DNA of 64,000 nt from Oopsacas minuta (Eukaryota > Animalia > Porifera). Below the pieces are notes generated by a model. It had not been told where the DNA came from and did no database searches. It saw only the letters and a program-made list of their open reading frames with translations. Below, in pieces: positions 63,284 to 64,000 of this stretch. The stretch spans positions 558,001-622,000 of the forward strand of contig JAKMXF010000133.1 in NCBI GenBank assembly GCA_024704765.1, read 5' to 3'. A program made the position numbers and the translations under genes. Every line of letters starts with the position of its first letter. Positions within the stretch are counted from its first letter, which is position 1.

Positions 63284-63830
63284 ATGGCAACACAGGTTAG
63301 TGTATATCGCTTCTAACGAAGTAAACTTAACCTGAAATACTAGGTTAATACTGTCCTCTCCCTCAAATAGGTATGCAGTTATGAGCAAGAAGATCTCTCA
63401 AGCACAACAGACGTAAGCAGTATTAAGTCAGAATGTCAATCTCCCCTTCCCAAACCTTCTAACCCATTCTCTATTGAAAATCTCCTTAAATTAGAGCCTA
63501 CATCTCCCTCAACACTACCAGGTGATGTTGAAGAGTCAGATGAGAAAGATAACAATAATAACCAACATAACAACTCTGTGGATTTAACAAACAACCAAGC
63601 AGCAATGCTATTTCACCAAGCACAACTACAGCATTACTGGGGGTACATGCTACTTAACAATATCATACGACAGCAAAGATCTGCCGAGCAAATTAAGACA
63701 GTATTCGTTGCAAGTCCTGTCCAGGTTGCAGCAGGGCTAAAAGCGCAGAAAGCAGCAATAAATAAGAGGTATCCCTCCAAAAAGAAATTTCAAAACTTGA
63801 CTTCAACTTTCAAAGCACCGGAGTCAAAAG
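63284..63830 (+). CDS. 5' exons of a probable developmental transcription factor with an eh1 (Groucho-binding) motif; gene continues beyond the window
   Basis: AAACATGGCAACACAG|GTTAGT (63284-63295), 75-bp intron, then exon 63371-63830: MATQVCSYEQ...PSNPFSIENLLKLE (eh1 at 63467-63487), Q/N-rich region, donor after 63830. Not in the ORF track because the frame has no stop before the window end. Confidence 0.65.
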
Positions 63831-63859
63831 GTGTGATATTTAATACTGTATTCATAGTG

Positions 63860-64000
63860 TACTGTGATATCTCGTTAATACGAACCACGGTTAATACGAA
63901 TTCCGGATTAGGAGAACAAATAATTACGCAAAATCAGGTCCCTCCAATTCAATTGGTATTACAGTCTAACCTCCAAAAACGGAATGACAGGGGCGAAAAA
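63860..64000. mobile_element. Left end of a pogo/Tc1-like MITE in the transcription-factor intron
   Basis: TACTGTGATATCTCGTTAATACGAACC resembles the TACAGTAAACTCTCGTTATAACGAAC end family; truncated by the window edge. Confidence 0.5.

Noticed and set aside
63831-64000. Open frame continuing to the window end as coding sequence
   Set aside because: A GT donor at 63831 is followed by a MITE-like terminal repeat, so it is more likely intron that happens to lack stops.

Overview
AT-rich, gene-dense eukaryotic (metazoan) DNA. Short GT-AG introns, many long intronless genes, a Pit-1-class POU gene, Jun, transglutaminase and a lineage-type 7TM gene suggest an intron-poor non-bilaterian, most plausibly a glass sponge (inference, not verified). 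The left half (1-34 kb) is densely packed: YJU2B/CCDC130 (partial), IFT88, a RUN-domain protein, transglutaminase, two tandem SPTLC2-like genes, polyubiquitin, Jun, a short TRIP11/GMAP-210 with an antisense 7TM gene in one intron, a PI-PLC X-domain protein, a signal-peptide JmjC oxygenase, a secreted FN3-like protein, two NHL-repeat genes, PIN4, an orphan single-pass protein and SRP14. The right half is largely non-coding. It holds POU1F1 (Pit-1), DBT and an SDR/epimerase whose 11.8-kb intron contains two asparagine synthetase paralogs and a cystinosin pseudogene. It ends with the 5' part of an eh1-motif transcription factor that runs off the window. Small TA-flanked inverted-repeat elements (pogo/Tc1-like MITEs), one hAT MITE with an 8-bp target-site duplication and two near-perfect hairpins are scattered throughout. 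The strongest oddities are the giant intron with nested genes, and tandem enzyme paralogs (SPT2, ASNS) made of identical and divergent blocks with changes at catalytic or gating motifs. No CRISPR array, rRNA or convincing tRNA was seen. Exon boundaries were derived by hand from splice signals and frame continuity.
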